Notes: generated by a model from the sequence alone, not told the origin. Positions 1 through 12,781 are shown, counted from the stretch's first letter. The stretch: DNA of 64,000 nt from an uncultured Candidatus Binatia bacterium (GCA_964291295.2 OZ219754.1:2848001-2912000), one strand, 5' to 3'. Program-made: numbers and translations.

Positions 1-438
1 CAGAAAGGCGGTATTGAGCGCCCGCAGCGCATGGCCGTCGTAGTCCGCGTGGCGCGCGAGATGCGCTTCCACCCAGGGTGGCGGACGGTCCAGGGCGGCG
101 GCCAGGCGTCCGATGAACAGACCCTCTTCACCCGCGTCCGCGCCGTCATGCGACGGGAATGTCAGCGCGTGGCGCTCCCAGCCGCCCGCGTCGAAGGGAT
201 CCCGGCCCCGCGCCAGGCCCGTCTCCGGAGCGTCCGCCATGCGCAGGCGCGCCTTTCGCAGTCCCTCAAGGCTCGTGTACTTCCATTCCTCGTCCCGGGT
301 CGACGGAAAGCCCAGAAGGCGGAAGCGATCCATGGCCCGACGGCGCAGATCGCCGGTCCAGCCGTTGCCCGGCACCCGCGCCATGAGCTTCTCGAAGTCG
401 TTCTCGAAGTCGTCGAGACAGCCCTGTGCCCCGATCAT
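1..438 (-). CDS. sufD: Fe-S cluster assembly protein SufD (5' part; runs off window)
   Basis: Read manually on the minus strand from ATG at 438 (ATGA overlap with the sufC stop); contains GFPSTRDEEWKYT, typical of the SufD N-terminus; follows sufB-sufC. Confidence 0.85.
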   Translation of the reverse strand, partial: MIGAQGCLDDFENDFEKLMARVPGNGWTGDLRRRAMDRFRLLGFPSTRDEEWKYTSLEGLRKARLRMADAPETGLARGRDPFDAGGWERHALTFPSHDGADAGEEGLFIGRLAAALDRPPPWVEAHLARHADYDGHALRALNTAFL

Positions 439-1220
439 GCCCCCGGTCTCCGGTCCGCCGCCGCGCCCCCTCCGGCGGTCTCCTCCTCCACCCAGGAATA
501 GCCGGTGTCCTCCAGCTCCCGGGCCAGCTCCCTGCCGCCGGACTTCACCAGGCATCCGTTGTGGATGACGTGGACCCTGTCGGGCACCACGTGGTTGAGC
601 AGCCGCTGGTAGTGGGTCACGAGAATGATGGCCCGCTCGGGGCTCCGAAAGAGATTGATGCCGTGGGCCACCACCTTGAGGGCGTCGATGTCCAGGCCCG
701 AGTCGGTCTCGTCCAGGATCGCCAGGGTGGGCTCCAGCATGGTCATCTGGAATATCTCGGCGCGTTTCTTCTCGCCGCCCGAGAAGCCGGCATTCACCGG
801 GCGCCGCAGCAGATCCTCGCCCATCTCCACCGCCTGCATCCTCTCCCTGGCCAAGGCCATGAAGTCCACCGCGTCCAGTTCCTCCTCGCCGCGGTGGGTG
901 CGTGCCGCGTTGACCGCGGCGCGCAGGAAATAGAGGCTGTTGAGGCCGGGAATCTCCACCGGATATTGAAAGCCCAGGAAGATGCCCTCCACCGCCCGCA
1001 GTTCCGGGGCCATGCCGAGCAGGTCCCGCCCCTTGTAGAGGACTTCTCCGGCGGTCACCTCGTAGGTGTCCCGGCCGGCCAGCACCTGGGCCAGGGTGCT
1101 CTTGCCCGAGCCATTGGGTCCCATGATCGCGTGGATCTCGCCCGCTCCCACCGTCAGGTCGATGCCGCGGAGGATCTCCCTGCCTTCAACCCGCGCGTGC
1201 AGATTCCGAACTTCAAGCAT
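435..1220 (-). CDS. sufC: Fe-S cluster assembly ATPase SufC
   Basis: GPNGSGKST, FQYPVEIPG, GFSGGEKKR, LDETDSGLDIDAL; start set at MLEVRNL. Confidence 0.97.
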   Translation of the reverse strand: MLEVRNLHARVEGREILRGIDLTVGAGEIHAIMGPNGSGKSTLAQVLAGRDTYEVTAGEVLYKGRDLLGMAPELRAVEGIFLGFQYPVEIPGLNSLYFLRAAVNAARTHRGEEELDAVDFMALARERMQAVEMGEDLLRRPVNAGFSGGEKKRAEIFQMTMLEPTLAILDETDSGLDIDALKVVAHGINLFRSPERAIILVTHYQRLLNHVVPDRVHVIHNGCLVKSGGRELARELEDTGYSWVEEETAGGGAAADRRPGA

Positions 1221-1237
1221 TCCTTGCACTCCGCCGT

Positions 1238-2686
1238 TCAACCGACGCTGCCTTCAAGGCTGACCCCGAGGAGCTTCTGGGCCTCCACGGCGAACTCCAT
1301 CGGCAGTTCACCGAAGACTTCACGGCAAAAGCCGTTGACGATCATGGCCACGGCGTCCTCTTCCCTGATGCCGCGCTGCCGGCAATAGAAGATCTGGTCC
1401 TCGCCGATCTTCGAAGTCGACGCCTCGTGTTCGATGTGAGCCGAGTTGTTCTTCACCTCCAGATAGGGAAACGTGTGCGCGCCGCATTGGCTGCCCATCA
1501 GCAGGGAATCGCACTGGGAGTAGTTGCGGGCGTTGGCCGCGCCCTTGAGCACCTTCACCAGGCCGCGGTAGCTGTTCTGGCCATGGCCGGCCGAGATTCC
1601 CTTGGACACGATGGTGCTGCGGGTGTTCCTCCCCGCGTGGATCATCTTGGTGCCGGTATCCGCCTGCTGGTGGTTGTTGGTCACGGCCACGGAGTAGAAC
1701 TCTCCCACCGAATCGTCCCCCAGCAGGATGCAGCTCGGGTACTTCCAGGTGATGGCCGACCCGGTCTCCACCTGGGTCCACGAGATCCGGGAGTTCCGAC
1801 CTGCGCACTTTCCCCGCTTGGTGACGAAGTTGTAGATGCCGCCCTTGCCGTCCTTGTCGCCGGGGTACCAGTTCTGCACCGTGGAGTACCGGATCCGGGC
1901 GTCTTCCAGCGCCACCAGCTCCACCACCGCAGCGTGGAGCTGATTCTCATCCCGCATCGGTGCGGTGCAGCCCTCCAGATAACTCACGTAGCTGCCGGCG
2001 TCGGCGACGATCAGGGTGCGCTCGAACTGACCGGTCTGGGCGGCGTTGATGCGGAAATAGGTCGACAACTCCATCGGACAGCGCACGCCCGGGGGAATGT
2101 AGCAGAACGACCCGTCGCTGAAGACCGCCGAGTTGAGCGACGCGAAGAAGTTGTCGCTGTAAGGCACCACCGAGCCCAGGTAACGGCGCACCAGCTCCGG
2201 GTGTTCCCGCACCGCCTCGGAGAACGAGCAGAAGATGATGCCCAGGTCCGCCAGCTTGTCCTTGAAGGTCGTGGCCACGGAGACGCTGTCGAAAACCGCG
2301 TCCACCGCGACGCCGGCCAGCGCCTCGCGCTCGTTCAGGGGAATTCCCAGTTTCTCGTAGGTGGCCAGCAACTCCGGGTCGACTTCATCCAGGCTCTTGG
2401 GAGCCTCCTTCTTCGCCTTGGGCGCCGAGTAGTAGATGATGTCCTGATAGTCGATGGCTGGATAGTGAATGTTGGCCCACCTGGGCTCGGCCTCGGCCTT
2501 CTCGAGCTTCGTCCAGTAACGGTAGGCCTTGAGACGCCAGTCCCGCAGCCACTCGGGCTCACCCTTCTTCTCGGAGATCAGCCGGACCACGGCCTCGCTC
2601 AGGCCGGGCGGCACATCGTCGGCTTCGATATCGGTGACAAAGCCGTACTTGTAGTCACTGCTGACCAACTCGTTGTCGAGTTCCAT
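1238..2686 (-). CDS. sufB: Fe-S cluster assembly protein SufB
   Basis: [40 protein letters not shown]; start MELDNE with GGAG RBS. Confidence 0.97.
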   Translation of the reverse strand: MELDNELVSSDYKYGFVTDIEADDVPPGLSEAVVRLISEKKGEPEWLRDWRLKAYRYWTKLEKAEAEPRWANIHYPAIDYQDIIYYSAPKAKKEAPKSLDEVDPELLATYEKLGIPLNEREALAGVAVDAVFDSVSVATTFKDKLADLGIIFCSFSEAVREHPELVRRYLGSVVPYSDNFFASLNSAVFSDGSFCYIPPGVRCPMELSTYFRINAAQTGQFERTLIVADAGSYVSYLEGCTAPMRDENQLHAAVVELVALEDARIRYSTVQNWYPGDKDGKGGIYNFVTKRGKCAGRNSRISWTQVETGSAITWKYPSCILLGDDSVGEFYSVAVTNNHQQADTGTKMIHAGRNTRSTIVSKGISAGHGQNSYRGLVKVLKGAANARNYSQCDSLLMGSQCGAHTFPYLEVKNNSAHIEHEASTSKIGEDQIFYCRQRGIREEDAVAMIVNGFCREVFGELPMEFAVEAQKLLGVSLEGSVG

Positions 2687-2745
2687 GTCTCTCCGTTTCT
2701 TCACGCCGGGGGTGGCCTGCACCGGTCCGGTCCGGCGTGTGCAGT

Positions 2746-3237
2746 TCAACTGTCCAGGCGATTCAACCGGCCCTTGAGGCCCTCCTGGTCCGCGATGCTG
2801 CCGATGGAGATCCCCGCCAGGTAATCCGCCAGCAACATCTGCGCCCTCTCCCACACGGAAATCTGCGTACACACCGCGTCGTAGGCGCAGCGATGGTCCC
2901 GTTCCAGGCAGGCCATCAGGGTCAACGGTTTCTCCACCGCCTCGTAGACCTGCTTGAGGTTGATGGCCTCCGGGTGCCGCGCCAGGCTGAAACCGCCCTT
3001 CCGGCCCACGTGGGAACGCACCAGACCCGCCGCCGCCAGCTCCTTCATGATCTTCGACATGTAATGCGCCGGAATGTCCTGCCGCCGGGCGATCTCCTTG
3101 CTGCCGACCACCCACAGATGCGGGCGGGCCGCCAGATACGACAGCGCCCGCACGGCGTAGTCCACCTTCCTGCCGATGTTCATCAGCGAGCTTCGGTCGG
3201 CCGCGGCCCTGGCGGTATTCACAGCGGTTTCCTGCAT
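2746..3237 (-). CDS. Rrf2-family (IscR-like) Fe-S transcriptional regulator
   Basis: [23 protein letters not shown], three-Cys [14 protein letters not shown]; heads the suf operon; alternative start 3183. Confidence 0.9.
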   Translation of the reverse strand: MQETAVNTARAAADRSSLMNIGRKVDYAVRALSYLAARPHLWVVGSKEIARRQDIPAHYMSKIMKELAAAGLVRSHVGRKGGFSLARHPEAINLKQVYEAVEKPLTLMACLERDHRCAYDAVCTQISVWERAQMLLADYLAGISIGSIADQEGLKGRLNRLDS

Positions 3238-3325
3238 GCCGGCTCCCCGGGCGAATGGAACCCTGTCACCGTGACAGCGCGTGACAGTGCTTCGACGCGC
3301 AGTGCTTCGACGCGCCCGGAATTTA

Positions 3326-3355
3326 AATATAGACTCAATGCGTCCATATTGTCAA
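3326..3355 (-). promoter_or_regulatory. Sigma70 promoter of the Rrf2-suf operon overlapped by an IscR-type operator
   Basis: Minus strand TTGACA (3350-3355)-N18-TATATT (3326-3331); palindrome AATATAGAC-N7-GTCCATATT at 3326-3350. Confidence 0.7.
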
Positions 3356-3411
3356 ATCGCCTGCGACCCGCTGCCTTGAACGAGCCGAAATCCCCGTGTT
3401 AACAATCTCCG

Positions 3412-3972
3412 ATGGCCATCCTCAAGGTAGCCCGGCTCGGCAATCCGATCCTGCGCACCCCCGCCCGGGAAGTTCCGGCGGGCGATGTCGAACAGCCCGA
3501 TTTCCAGCGGTTTCTCGACGACATGGTCGTCACCATGCGCGACCACGACGGGGTGGGTCTCGCGGCCGTACAGGTCCACGAATCCCGACAGGTGGCGGTG
3601 CTGGAAGTGGCGGACAATCCCCGCTACCCGGGCAAGGGCGCCGTGCCCCTTTCGGTCCTGGTCAATCCGGCCATCACGCCCCTGGGCGACGACACCGAGG
3701 AGGACTGGGAGGGATGTCTGAGCATCCCGGAAATGCGCGGCCGGGTGCCCCGCTACAAGCGGCTGCGGGTGACCGCCCTGGACCGCGAGGGGAATGAACG
3801 CGACTTCATTGCCGAAGGCTTCCACGCCCGGGTCATCCAGCACGAGGTCGACCACCTGCGCGGGCTGGTCTACCTGGACCGCATGCCCGATCTCTCGACG
3901 CTCACCTACCTCACGGAACTGTCGCGCTACCGCGTCAGGTTGGCCCGGCCTGCTCCCCCGCCAGGATCCTGA
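3412..3972 (+). CDS. def: Peptide deformylase
   Basis: GVGLAAVQ, EGCLS, QHEVDHL motifs. Confidence 0.96.
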   Translation: MAILKVARLGNPILRTPAREVPAGDVEQPDFQRFLDDMVVTMRDHDGVGLAAVQVHESRQVAVLEVADNPRYPGKGAVPLSVLVNPAITPLGDDTEEDWEGCLSIPEMRGRVPRYKRLRVTALDREGNERDFIAEGFHARVIQHEVDHLRGLVYLDRMPDLSTLTYLTELSRYRVRLARPAPPPGS

Positions 3973-5746
3973 TCTGCAACTCGGACAACTGGCGGCCATC
4001 CACGGCGGTGGGCGCCTCGGTCAGCATGCACACGGCCCGCTGGCTCTTGGGAAACGCGATGACGTCCCGAATGGCGGGCGAATCGCTCAACAGCATGGCC
4101 ATGCGATCGACACCCAAAGCGATGCCGCCATGCGGCGGCGCGCCCAATTCCAGCGCTTCCAGGAGAAATCCGAACTGCTCTTCCACCGTGTCCGGCTTCA
4201 CGTCCAGCAGGGCCAACACCTCCCGCTGCAACTCCGGCGAGTGGATCCGGATACTGCCGCCGCCAAGTTCCATGCCGTTCAGCACCAGATCGTAGGCCCG
4301 GGACCTTGCCCGGTCCGGCTCCTCCTTCAGATACGCCAGGTCTTCCTCGCGAGGCGCCGTGAACGGGTGATGGACGGCGGTGTAGCGGCCCTCCGCCGCC
4401 TTCCATTCCAACAGCGGGAAATCGACGACCCAGCAGAAGGCCTGGAGACTTTCGTCCACCAAGCCGAGCCTCCGGCCCATTTCCAGCCTCAGATTGGCCA
4501 GGCCCTCGTTGACGATGCCCGCGTCGTCGGCCAGCATGAAGAGAGTGTCGCCGGGCTGCGCCTGCATCAGCGTCCTCAGCGACTCCTTCTCGTCCTCGCT
4601 CAGGAACTTGGTCAGCGGCGACTGCCATTCACCCTCGGTCACCTTGATCCAGGCCAGCCCCTTGGCACCGTACCGCCCCACCAGCCCGGTGAGATCGTCC
4701 AGTTCCTTGCGCGACAGGCCGCCGGCTCCCGGCACCCGGAGGCCCTTGACGATGCCGCCGGCCGCCAGGGCGCGAGCGAAGATGGCGACGCCGGAGTCAC
4801 GGAACCGGTCCGACAACTCCACCAATTCCAGGCCGAAGCGGAGATCCGGCTTGTCGGTTCCGTATCGGCCCATGGCCTCGTCCCAACTCAGGCGGGGGAA
4901 CGGCGTCTCCAGCGCGGCCCCCCGGACGTCCCGGAATACCTGCGCCATCATGCCCTCCACCATGGCGAAGATATCCTCGGGCTGCACGAACGACATCTCG
5001 ATGTCGAGCTGGGTGAACTCCGGCTGCCGATCCATGCGCAGGTCCTCGTCCCGGAAACAGCGCACCACCTGAAAGTAGCGGTCCACGCCGCCCACCATGA
5101 GGATCTGCTTGAAGAGCTGGGGCGACTGCGGCAGGGCGTAGAACTTGCCCGGATGGGTCCGGCTGGGCACAAGGTAGTCGCGCGCCCCTTCCGGCGTGCT
5201 CTTGGTAAGCACCGGGGTCTCCACCTCCATGAATGAGAGACCGTTCAGGTGAGCGCGGACGGAGGACAGCATGCGGTGCCGGATCTCCAGAGGGCGCAGG
5301 CTGCGCGGCCGCCTGAGGTCGAGATAACGGTAGCGGAAACGACTGGTTTCGGTGGGCTCCCTCCCGTCATCGACCTGGAACGGCGGAACCCGCGAGGGGT
5401 TGAGCACCCGCAACTCCCGCGCCACCAGCTCCACCGCGCCGGTGGCGATGGCCGGGTTGACCGTTGCTTCGGAACGGCCCACCAGGACCCCCCGGACCGC
5501 CAGCACGTCTTCGGAGCGCACCTGCCGGGCCTTCTCGTGAGCCTCCGGCGTCACCTCGGGATTCACCACCACCTGCACCACGCCGGTACGGTCCCGGAGA
5601 TCGATGAAGAGAAGCCCGCCGTGGTCCCTCAGGGACCGCGTCCAGCCCATCAGGACAAGCTCGCGGCCCACATCGCCCTCGCGCGGTTCGCCGCAACGGC
5701 AGCTTCGCCGCCAGTCACCCATCAGATCGACATTTCTCTTGTTCAC
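3935..5746 (-). CDS. aspS: Aspartyl-tRNA synthetase, probably non-discriminating Asp/Asn type
   Basis: RDHGG, STPEGARDYLVP, LPQSPQLFKQ, FRDEDLR, GAPPHGG. Confidence 0.97.
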   Translation of the reverse strand: MNKRNVDLMGDWRRSCRCGEPREGDVGRELVLMGWTRSLRDHGGLLFIDLRDRTGVVQVVVNPEVTPEAHEKARQVRSEDVLAVRGVLVGRSEATVNPAIATGAVELVARELRVLNPSRVPPFQVDDGREPTETSRFRYRYLDLRRPRSLRPLEIRHRMLSSVRAHLNGLSFMEVETPVLTKSTPEGARDYLVPSRTHPGKFYALPQSPQLFKQILMVGGVDRYFQVVRCFRDEDLRMDRQPEFTQLDIEMSFVQPEDIFAMVEGMMAQVFRDVRGAALETPFPRLSWDEAMGRYGTDKPDLRFGLELVELSDRFRDSGVAIFARALAAGGIVKGLRVPGAGGLSRKELDDLTGLVGRYGAKGLAWIKVTEGEWQSPLTKFLSEDEKESLRTLMQAQPGDTLFMLADDAGIVNEGLANLRLEMGRRLGLVDESLQAFCWVVDFPLLEWKAAEGRYTAVHHPFTAPREEDLAYLKEEPDRARSRAYDLVLNGMELGGGSIRIHSPELQREVLALLDVKPDTVEEQFGFLLEALELGAPPHGGIALGVDRMAMLLSDSPAIRDVIAFPKSQRAVCMLTEAPTAVDGRQLSELQIRILAGEQAGPT

Positions 5747-5750
5747 GTGA

Positions 5751-7040
5751 TTACCCGAAAACCTGGTGCCGCGGCGCGCCCGGACGCCCGGCCAGCCTGT
5801 CGTCGATGTCCGCGAAATCCACCTCGGTCTGTTCCCTTGTCGTCATGTGGCGCATGACGGCCGTGCCCTTCGCCATCTCGTCAGGACCCACGATGAGCAC
5901 CACCCGCGCGCCCAGCTTGCCGGCGCGCCTCATCTGGCTCTTGAGGCTCCTGGCGTCCCCTTCCATATCCACCCGGAGGCCGCGCCGGCGCAGGCGGTGG
6001 GCCAACGCGAACATCCAGCGCCGCGCCTCCGCTCCCATCCACGCCAGATACAGCAGCGGCGCCGCGGCTTCCGTCGCGGCCCCTTCCGCGAGCAGCAGCG
6101 CCAGGCGCTCCACGCCCAGCGCAAAGCCGACCCCGGCCACCGGCGGTCCGCCCAGAGACTTCACCAGGCCGTCGTAACGTCCGCCCGCGGCCACGGTGTT
6201 CTGGCTCCCCAGCCCCGCACCCGCCTTCCATTCGAACGTGGTCCGGCAGTAGTAGTCCAGCCCGCGCACCAGCCTGTCATTGACCACCGGCCCGGGCCGG
6301 AGATCTTTCAGGAGATCCAGAAGCGTCTCGAAGTGCTGCCGGCAGTCCGTGCAAAGATGCGACAGAATCGAGGGAGCCGAAGCCGCGATACCGGCGCAGG
6401 ATTCGCGCTTGCAGTCCAGCACCCGCAGCGGATTGTTCTCCAGACGCCGGTCACAGTCGGCGCACAGCTCCTCCCGGCGCCCTTCCAGGAACGTCACCAG
6501 CGCCGCGCGGTAGACGGGCCGGCATTCGGCGCAGCCGATGGAGTTCACCTCCAGGACCGTGCCGGCCACACCCAGTTCCGCCCACAGGTCCCGCAGCAGC
6601 AGCAGCAGTTCGGCGTCGGCAAAGGGGTCGGTGCGGCCGAACACCTCGGCCCCAATCTGATGGAACTGGCGCAGCCGCCCCTTCTGCGGCCTCTCCCGCC
6701 GGAACATGGGGCCCAGGTACCAGAGCTTTCTCAGCGGCTCCGACTGGTAAAGGTTCCCCTCGACGTAGGCCCGCACCACCCCCGCCGTTCCCTCGGGCCT
6801 CAGGCTCAACAGGGTCGCCCCGGCGTCCCGGTCGGGGAAGGTGTACATCTCCTTCTCGATGACGTCGGTAGTCTCTCCCAGCGAACGGGAGAAGAGTTCC
6901 GACTTCTCCAGGACGGGAATTCGAATCTCCTTGAAGTTGTAGCTGGCAAATACCTGTGCGGCGGCACCCTCGATCCTTTGCCAGACCTTGGCTTCGTCCG
7001 GTCCGACGTCGGCGAATCCCTTGATGCGTGTCACTTTCAT
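5751..7040 (-). CDS. hisS: Histidyl-tRNA synthetase
   Basis: KEMYTF, LRPEGTA, FRRERPQKGRLRQFHQ, LVRGLDYY, AGGRYDGL; start MKVTRIKG. Confidence 0.97.
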   Translation of the reverse strand: MKVTRIKGFADVGPDEAKVWQRIEGAAAQVFASYNFKEIRIPVLEKSELFSRSLGETTDVIEKEMYTFPDRDAGATLLSLRPEGTAGVVRAYVEGNLYQSEPLRKLWYLGPMFRRERPQKGRLRQFHQIGAEVFGRTDPFADAELLLLLRDLWAELGVAGTVLEVNSIGCAECRPVYRAALVTFLEGRREELCADCDRRLENNPLRVLDCKRESCAGIAASAPSILSHLCTDCRQHFETLLDLLKDLRPGPVVNDRLVRGLDYYCRTTFEWKAGAGLGSQNTVAAGGRYDGLVKSLGGPPVAGVGFALGVERLALLLAEGAATEAAAPLLYLAWMGAEARRWMFALAHRLRRRGLRVDMEGDARSLKSQMRRAGKLGARVVLIVGPDEMAKGTAVMRHMTTREQTEVDFADIDDRLAGRPGAPRHQVFG

Positions 7041-7105
7041 AAGCACCCCCGAACGGGCGCCCGCATGGTTGCCATAAGGAGAGTCGGTGACCGGTGACAG
7101 GAAGA

Positions 7106-7138
7106 ATTGTGCGCGCATTGTGCGCGCATTGTACGCGC
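7106..7138. repeat. 3 x 11 bp tandem repeat in the hisS leader
   Basis: attgtgcgcgc attgtgcgcgc attgtacgcgc. Confidence 0.8.
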
Positions 7139-7315
7139 GGAGGGTACGCGCGAAAGGCGGCGGCGTATGCACGGGCGTGTGCGGCCTGCCTTCCACCACA
7201 GGGCCTAACAGAGGCACCCCTGAAAGTCAACAAAGCCCCTCCCGTGAATCCGCGCTTCGCAGGGGAAGACGGCGGGGGTCCCGCTGCGCGAAAGCCGAAA
7301 AGACCCCTGCGGGAA

Positions 7316-8884
7316 TCAGGACAGCCGGCGCAGGATCCGGCAGATGCACGCGGCTGCCGCCAGGATCAGGACGTAGATGAGCGCCACCGTACCCCAGCCG
7401 GGTCTGGGCAGGGAAAGCGCGGCCAGGGGAAGATCGGAAAGAAGCGCCACGACCCGCAGGAACAGCGCGACCAGGGGCTCCAACGCCCGGGCCAGGAGCG
7501 CCGACCCGCCGGAGAGGAACAGGCACAAGGCGCCCATGAGCAGACCCGCCGGCACGATCACGAAACCCAGCAGCGGAACCAGCAGCGGGTTGGCGATGAA
7601 ACCGGCCAGGGACAGGTAGCCAAAGTGGTGGGCCACCACCGGCCCGGTGCCCACGCTCGCGAAGAACGGCACGAGAATCGCCAGCAGGACGGCAGACCGC
7701 CACCGCCCCGGCCATCCTCCCGCCGGCGAGTCCGGCGGACGCGAAGAAGGCGCCTTGTGGAACAGCCGGATGCCGCCGACGATCGACAACACGGCCAGGA
7801 AGGACAGCTGAAACGACACCTCCGTCACCGCCCCCGGCCAACACAGCGCGGCGATGACCGCGGCCCATGCCAAGGCGCGGAGAATATCCACGTGCCGCCC
7901 GCTCAGTACGGCCAGATGGTACAGCCCGATCATGATGGCTGCGCGCACGGTGGGAATGCGCCCCCCGGCCACCACGGTGTACAGGACCACCGGCACCATG
8001 GAGCCCAGGGCCGCCAGCTTGTACACCGGCAGGCACAGCAGCAGCCGGGTGCTGCGCCCCGCCAGCACCCGCAGCAGCAGGAGCACGGCACAGGCGAGCA
8101 TGCCCACGTGGAGGCCCGATATCGACAGGACGTGCGACATGCCGACGGCGGCGAAGCGCTGCCGCGTCTCGCGGGAGAGGCTGCCGCGGTCCCCCAGCAC
8201 CAACGCCCGGACGAGCCCGCCGCCGTCTCCCTCGAAGCGGCGCACCACGAACCGCCGTATCCGCCGGCGCGCCGTCTCGATGGCACTCCGGAGACCCGCA
8301 CCGCGCCGGACCCGCACGGCGTCCCAGTCGCTGTGCAGGTAGGCGACCCGATAGATCCCTCGCCGGGCCAGAAACGCCCGGTAGTCGAAGCGCCCGTCCC
8401 GGTTCCTGGGCGGCCGCAGGCGCAGCGGAACCCGGACCACGTCCCCGTAGTGCCAGTGGCGGTACGCGTTGCGGACGGTCACGAGCAACTTCCCCGCGGC
8501 CTCACGGGGTCCGTCAGGGGTCCAGACCCGCGCCGCCGACAGATACCAGCGACTCCAGGCCCCCCGCCCTTCGGGCTCGCGATAGAGCCTTGCCTCGACC
8601 AGGACCGCCTTCTCCTGTCGCACGACGGAGCGTACATCCTCCGGCCCCGGCTTGGCATGCAACAGCCGATGATGGGCGCCAAGACCCCAATGGAACGCCA
8701 GTGCGCACGCAAGCCCGAGCAGCCCCCAGCCCCGGCTGAAACAGCAGGCCGTGAGACCGGGCAGAAACAGCGCCGCACCCCACCAGGAAAGGCCGCCGCC
8801 TTCGGCCGGCACCGCCGCGGCCTGCCCCGCCAGGAGCGCCAGCAGTGGCAGGACCAGTCCCGCCGTGGGTCCGGGCCGTTTCAC
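7316..8884 (-). CDS. comEC: ComEC/Rec2 competence membrane protein, lacking the C-terminal beta-lactamase-like domain
   Basis: FDYRAFL, ALVLGDR, GMSHVLSISGLHVG, SFQLSF; GTGA overlap with uvrC. Confidence 0.88.
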   Translation of the reverse strand: MKRPGPTAGLVLPLLALLAGQAAAVPAEGGGLSWWGAALFLPGLTACCFSRGWGLLGLACALAFHWGLGAHHRLLHAKPGPEDVRSVVRQEKAVLVEARLYREPEGRGAWSRWYLSAARVWTPDGPREAAGKLLVTVRNAYRHWHYGDVVRVPLRLRPPRNRDGRFDYRAFLARRGIYRVAYLHSDWDAVRVRRGAGLRSAIETARRRIRRFVVRRFEGDGGGLVRALVLGDRGSLSRETRQRFAAVGMSHVLSISGLHVGMLACAVLLLLRVLAGRSTRLLLCLPVYKLAALGSMVPVVLYTVVAGGRIPTVRAAIMIGLYHLAVLSGRHVDILRALAWAAVIAALCWPGAVTEVSFQLSFLAVLSIVGGIRLFHKAPSSRPPDSPAGGWPGRWRSAVLLAILVPFFASVGTGPVVAHHFGYLSLAGFIANPLLVPLLGFVIVPAGLLMGALCLFLSGGSALLARALEPLVALFLRVVALLSDLPLAALSLPRPGWGTVALIYVLILAAAACICRILRRLS

Positions 8885-10734
8885 CGCCGGTGGACGGCAA
8901 CGAAAGAGTCGCGAATGCGCCGGGCCACGGTTCCGGTGATGGAAGGCACCTCCAGGAGTTCCTCCAGGGACGCGCCGCGAAGCCGCTTGAGGCTGCCGAA
9001 TCGCCGCAGCAGCGCCCGTCTCCGGGCGGGCCCCACGCCGGGAATCCCGTCGAGCCCCGAACGCAGAGTATCCCGGCTCCGGATGGTCCGGTGGTAGGTG
9101 ATGGCGAACCGGTGCGCCGCGTCGCGTATGCGCTGGAGCAGAAAGAGCGCATTGGAGTTGCGCCGCAGCACCACCGGATTGCTGCGGCGGGGCAGAAAGA
9201 TCCGTTCCTCCGTCCGCTCGATTTCCGCCAGCCTCGGCGACGCCGTGACGCGCATCTTGGCCAAGGCCACCACGTCCACGTCCGTCACCCGGAGGTCCGC
9301 CAGCGCCGTGAGTGCCACCTGCAACTGTCCCTTGCCACCGTCCACCACCATGAGATCCGGCAGATCGCCCTCCCGCTGGCCGCGCTGGAATCGCCGCTTG
9401 ATGACCTCGTACATCATGGCGAAGTCATCGCCCCGGCTCTCGGGATCGACGGTGCGCACGCGGTAGCGCCGGTAGTTCCGCTTGTCGGGCTCGCCGTCGA
9501 AGAACGACACCCGCGATCCCACCGCATGGGCGCCCTGGATCATGGAGATGTCATAGCACTCGATCCGTTGCGGATACCGCCGCAGCCGCAGCTTCTGCTG
9601 CAGTTCCCGCAGCATCTTCTCCCGTTCCCGCTCCTGGTCGTGGCGTTCGCTGAAGCTGTGGCGGGCATTGTTCATGGCCATCTCCAGCAACTTGTGCTTC
9701 TCGCCCCGGCGCGGACGGTGCAACGTCACCTTTCGGCCCTTGCGCTCTTCCAGATAGTCCTCGCGCACAGCACCGTCTTCCAGGTCCACCGGCACCAGGA
9801 CCTCGTCGGGGACAAAGCGATTCCCCTGGTAGAACTGGGTCAACAGCGCGGCCACGATCTCCTCGTCGTCGAACTGGTGGTCCTCAAGGGAATAGGCCTG
9901 GTTGCCGGTGAGCTTCCCCTGCCGCACGAAGATGACCTGGGCTTCGATGAATCCTCCTTCGCGATACAACCCGAAGATGTCCTGGTCCGCACCCCAATGG
10001 GACACCATGCGCTGTTTCTCCAGAGTCTTTTCCACCGCCCGGATGCGATCCCGGAGCCGCGCCGCCTGCTCGAACTCCAGCGCGTTGGCGCGGGCCCGCA
10101 TGCGGGTGCGGAGTTGCCCGAGCAGGTCCGCGTTCCTCCCCTCGATGAAGAGAACGGCCTGCCGCAGATTACCGCCGTACTCATCCGGGTCCACCGGATG
10201 GACGCACGGCGCCGGACAGCGCCGTATCTGGTATTGCAGACACGGACGGTCCCGATTCCGGAAGTTGTAGTCGGTGCAGGTCCGGAGCAGGAAGTGTTTT
10301 TCGATGACATCCAGGGTCTCGCGCACGGCCACGGCCGAAGCGAACGGCCCGAAGTAGCGGCTGCCGTCCCTGACGATGTTGCGGGTGGCCAGCACCCTTG
10401 CCCAGGGGCCGGCCGTGACCTTGATGCTCAGGTAGCTCTTGTCGTCCTTGAGGCGAATGTTGTAGCGCGGCTTGTATTGCTTGATGAGATTGTTCTCAAG
10501 GATCAGGGCTTCCTTCTCGTTGCTCGTGACCAGGCTCTCGATGTCGCCGGCCTGGCGCATCAGAAAGGCGATGTGCGGGCGCCCGTCGCCGCCCCGGAGG
10601 TAAGCCCGGACCCGCGCCCGGAGGTCCTTGGCCTTGCCCACGTAGAGCACCTTTCCCGCGGCATTCCGCATCAGATAGACGCCGGGTCCGGTGGGCAGCG
10701 TGTCGAGCTTCTCCTTCAGCTCATCGATCTTCAT
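8881..10734 (-). CDS. uvrC: Excinuclease ABC subunit C
   Basis: PGVYLM, YVGKAKDLR, RIECYDIS, DGGKGQL, C-terminal HhH GIPGVG. Confidence 0.97.
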   Translation of the reverse strand: MKIDELKEKLDTLPTGPGVYLMRNAAGKVLYVGKAKDLRARVRAYLRGGDGRPHIAFLMRQAGDIESLVTSNEKEALILENNLIKQYKPRYNIRLKDDKSYLSIKVTAGPWARVLATRNIVRDGSRYFGPFASAVAVRETLDVIEKHFLLRTCTDYNFRNRDRPCLQYQIRRCPAPCVHPVDPDEYGGNLRQAVLFIEGRNADLLGQLRTRMRARANALEFEQAARLRDRIRAVEKTLEKQRMVSHWGADQDIFGLYREGGFIEAQVIFVRQGKLTGNQAYSLEDHQFDDEEIVAALLTQFYQGNRFVPDEVLVPVDLEDGAVREDYLEERKGRKVTLHRPRRGEKHKLLEMAMNNARHSFSERHDQEREREKMLRELQQKLRLRRYPQRIECYDISMIQGAHAVGSRVSFFDGEPDKRNYRRYRVRTVDPESRGDDFAMMYEVIKRRFQRGQREGDLPDLMVVDGGKGQLQVALTALADLRVTDVDVVALAKMRVTASPRLAEIERTEERIFLPRRSNPVVLRRNSNALFLLQRIRDAAHRFAITYHRTIRSRDTLRSGLDGIPGVGPARRRALLRRFGSLKRLRGASLEELLEVPSITGTVARRIRDSFVAVHRR

Positions 10735-10768
10735 GCTCGCTCGGCGGCGGCTCCAGGCCCGTGGGGCC

Positions 10769-12781
<2,013 letters not shown>

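Noticed and set aside
2687-3115. Long N-terminal extensions in the ORF track (sufB, hisS, mutM, HIT, metF, dnaX, phnC and others)
   Set aside because: They overlap neighbouring genes or precede the conserved N-termini; starts were reset to motif- or RBS-supported codons
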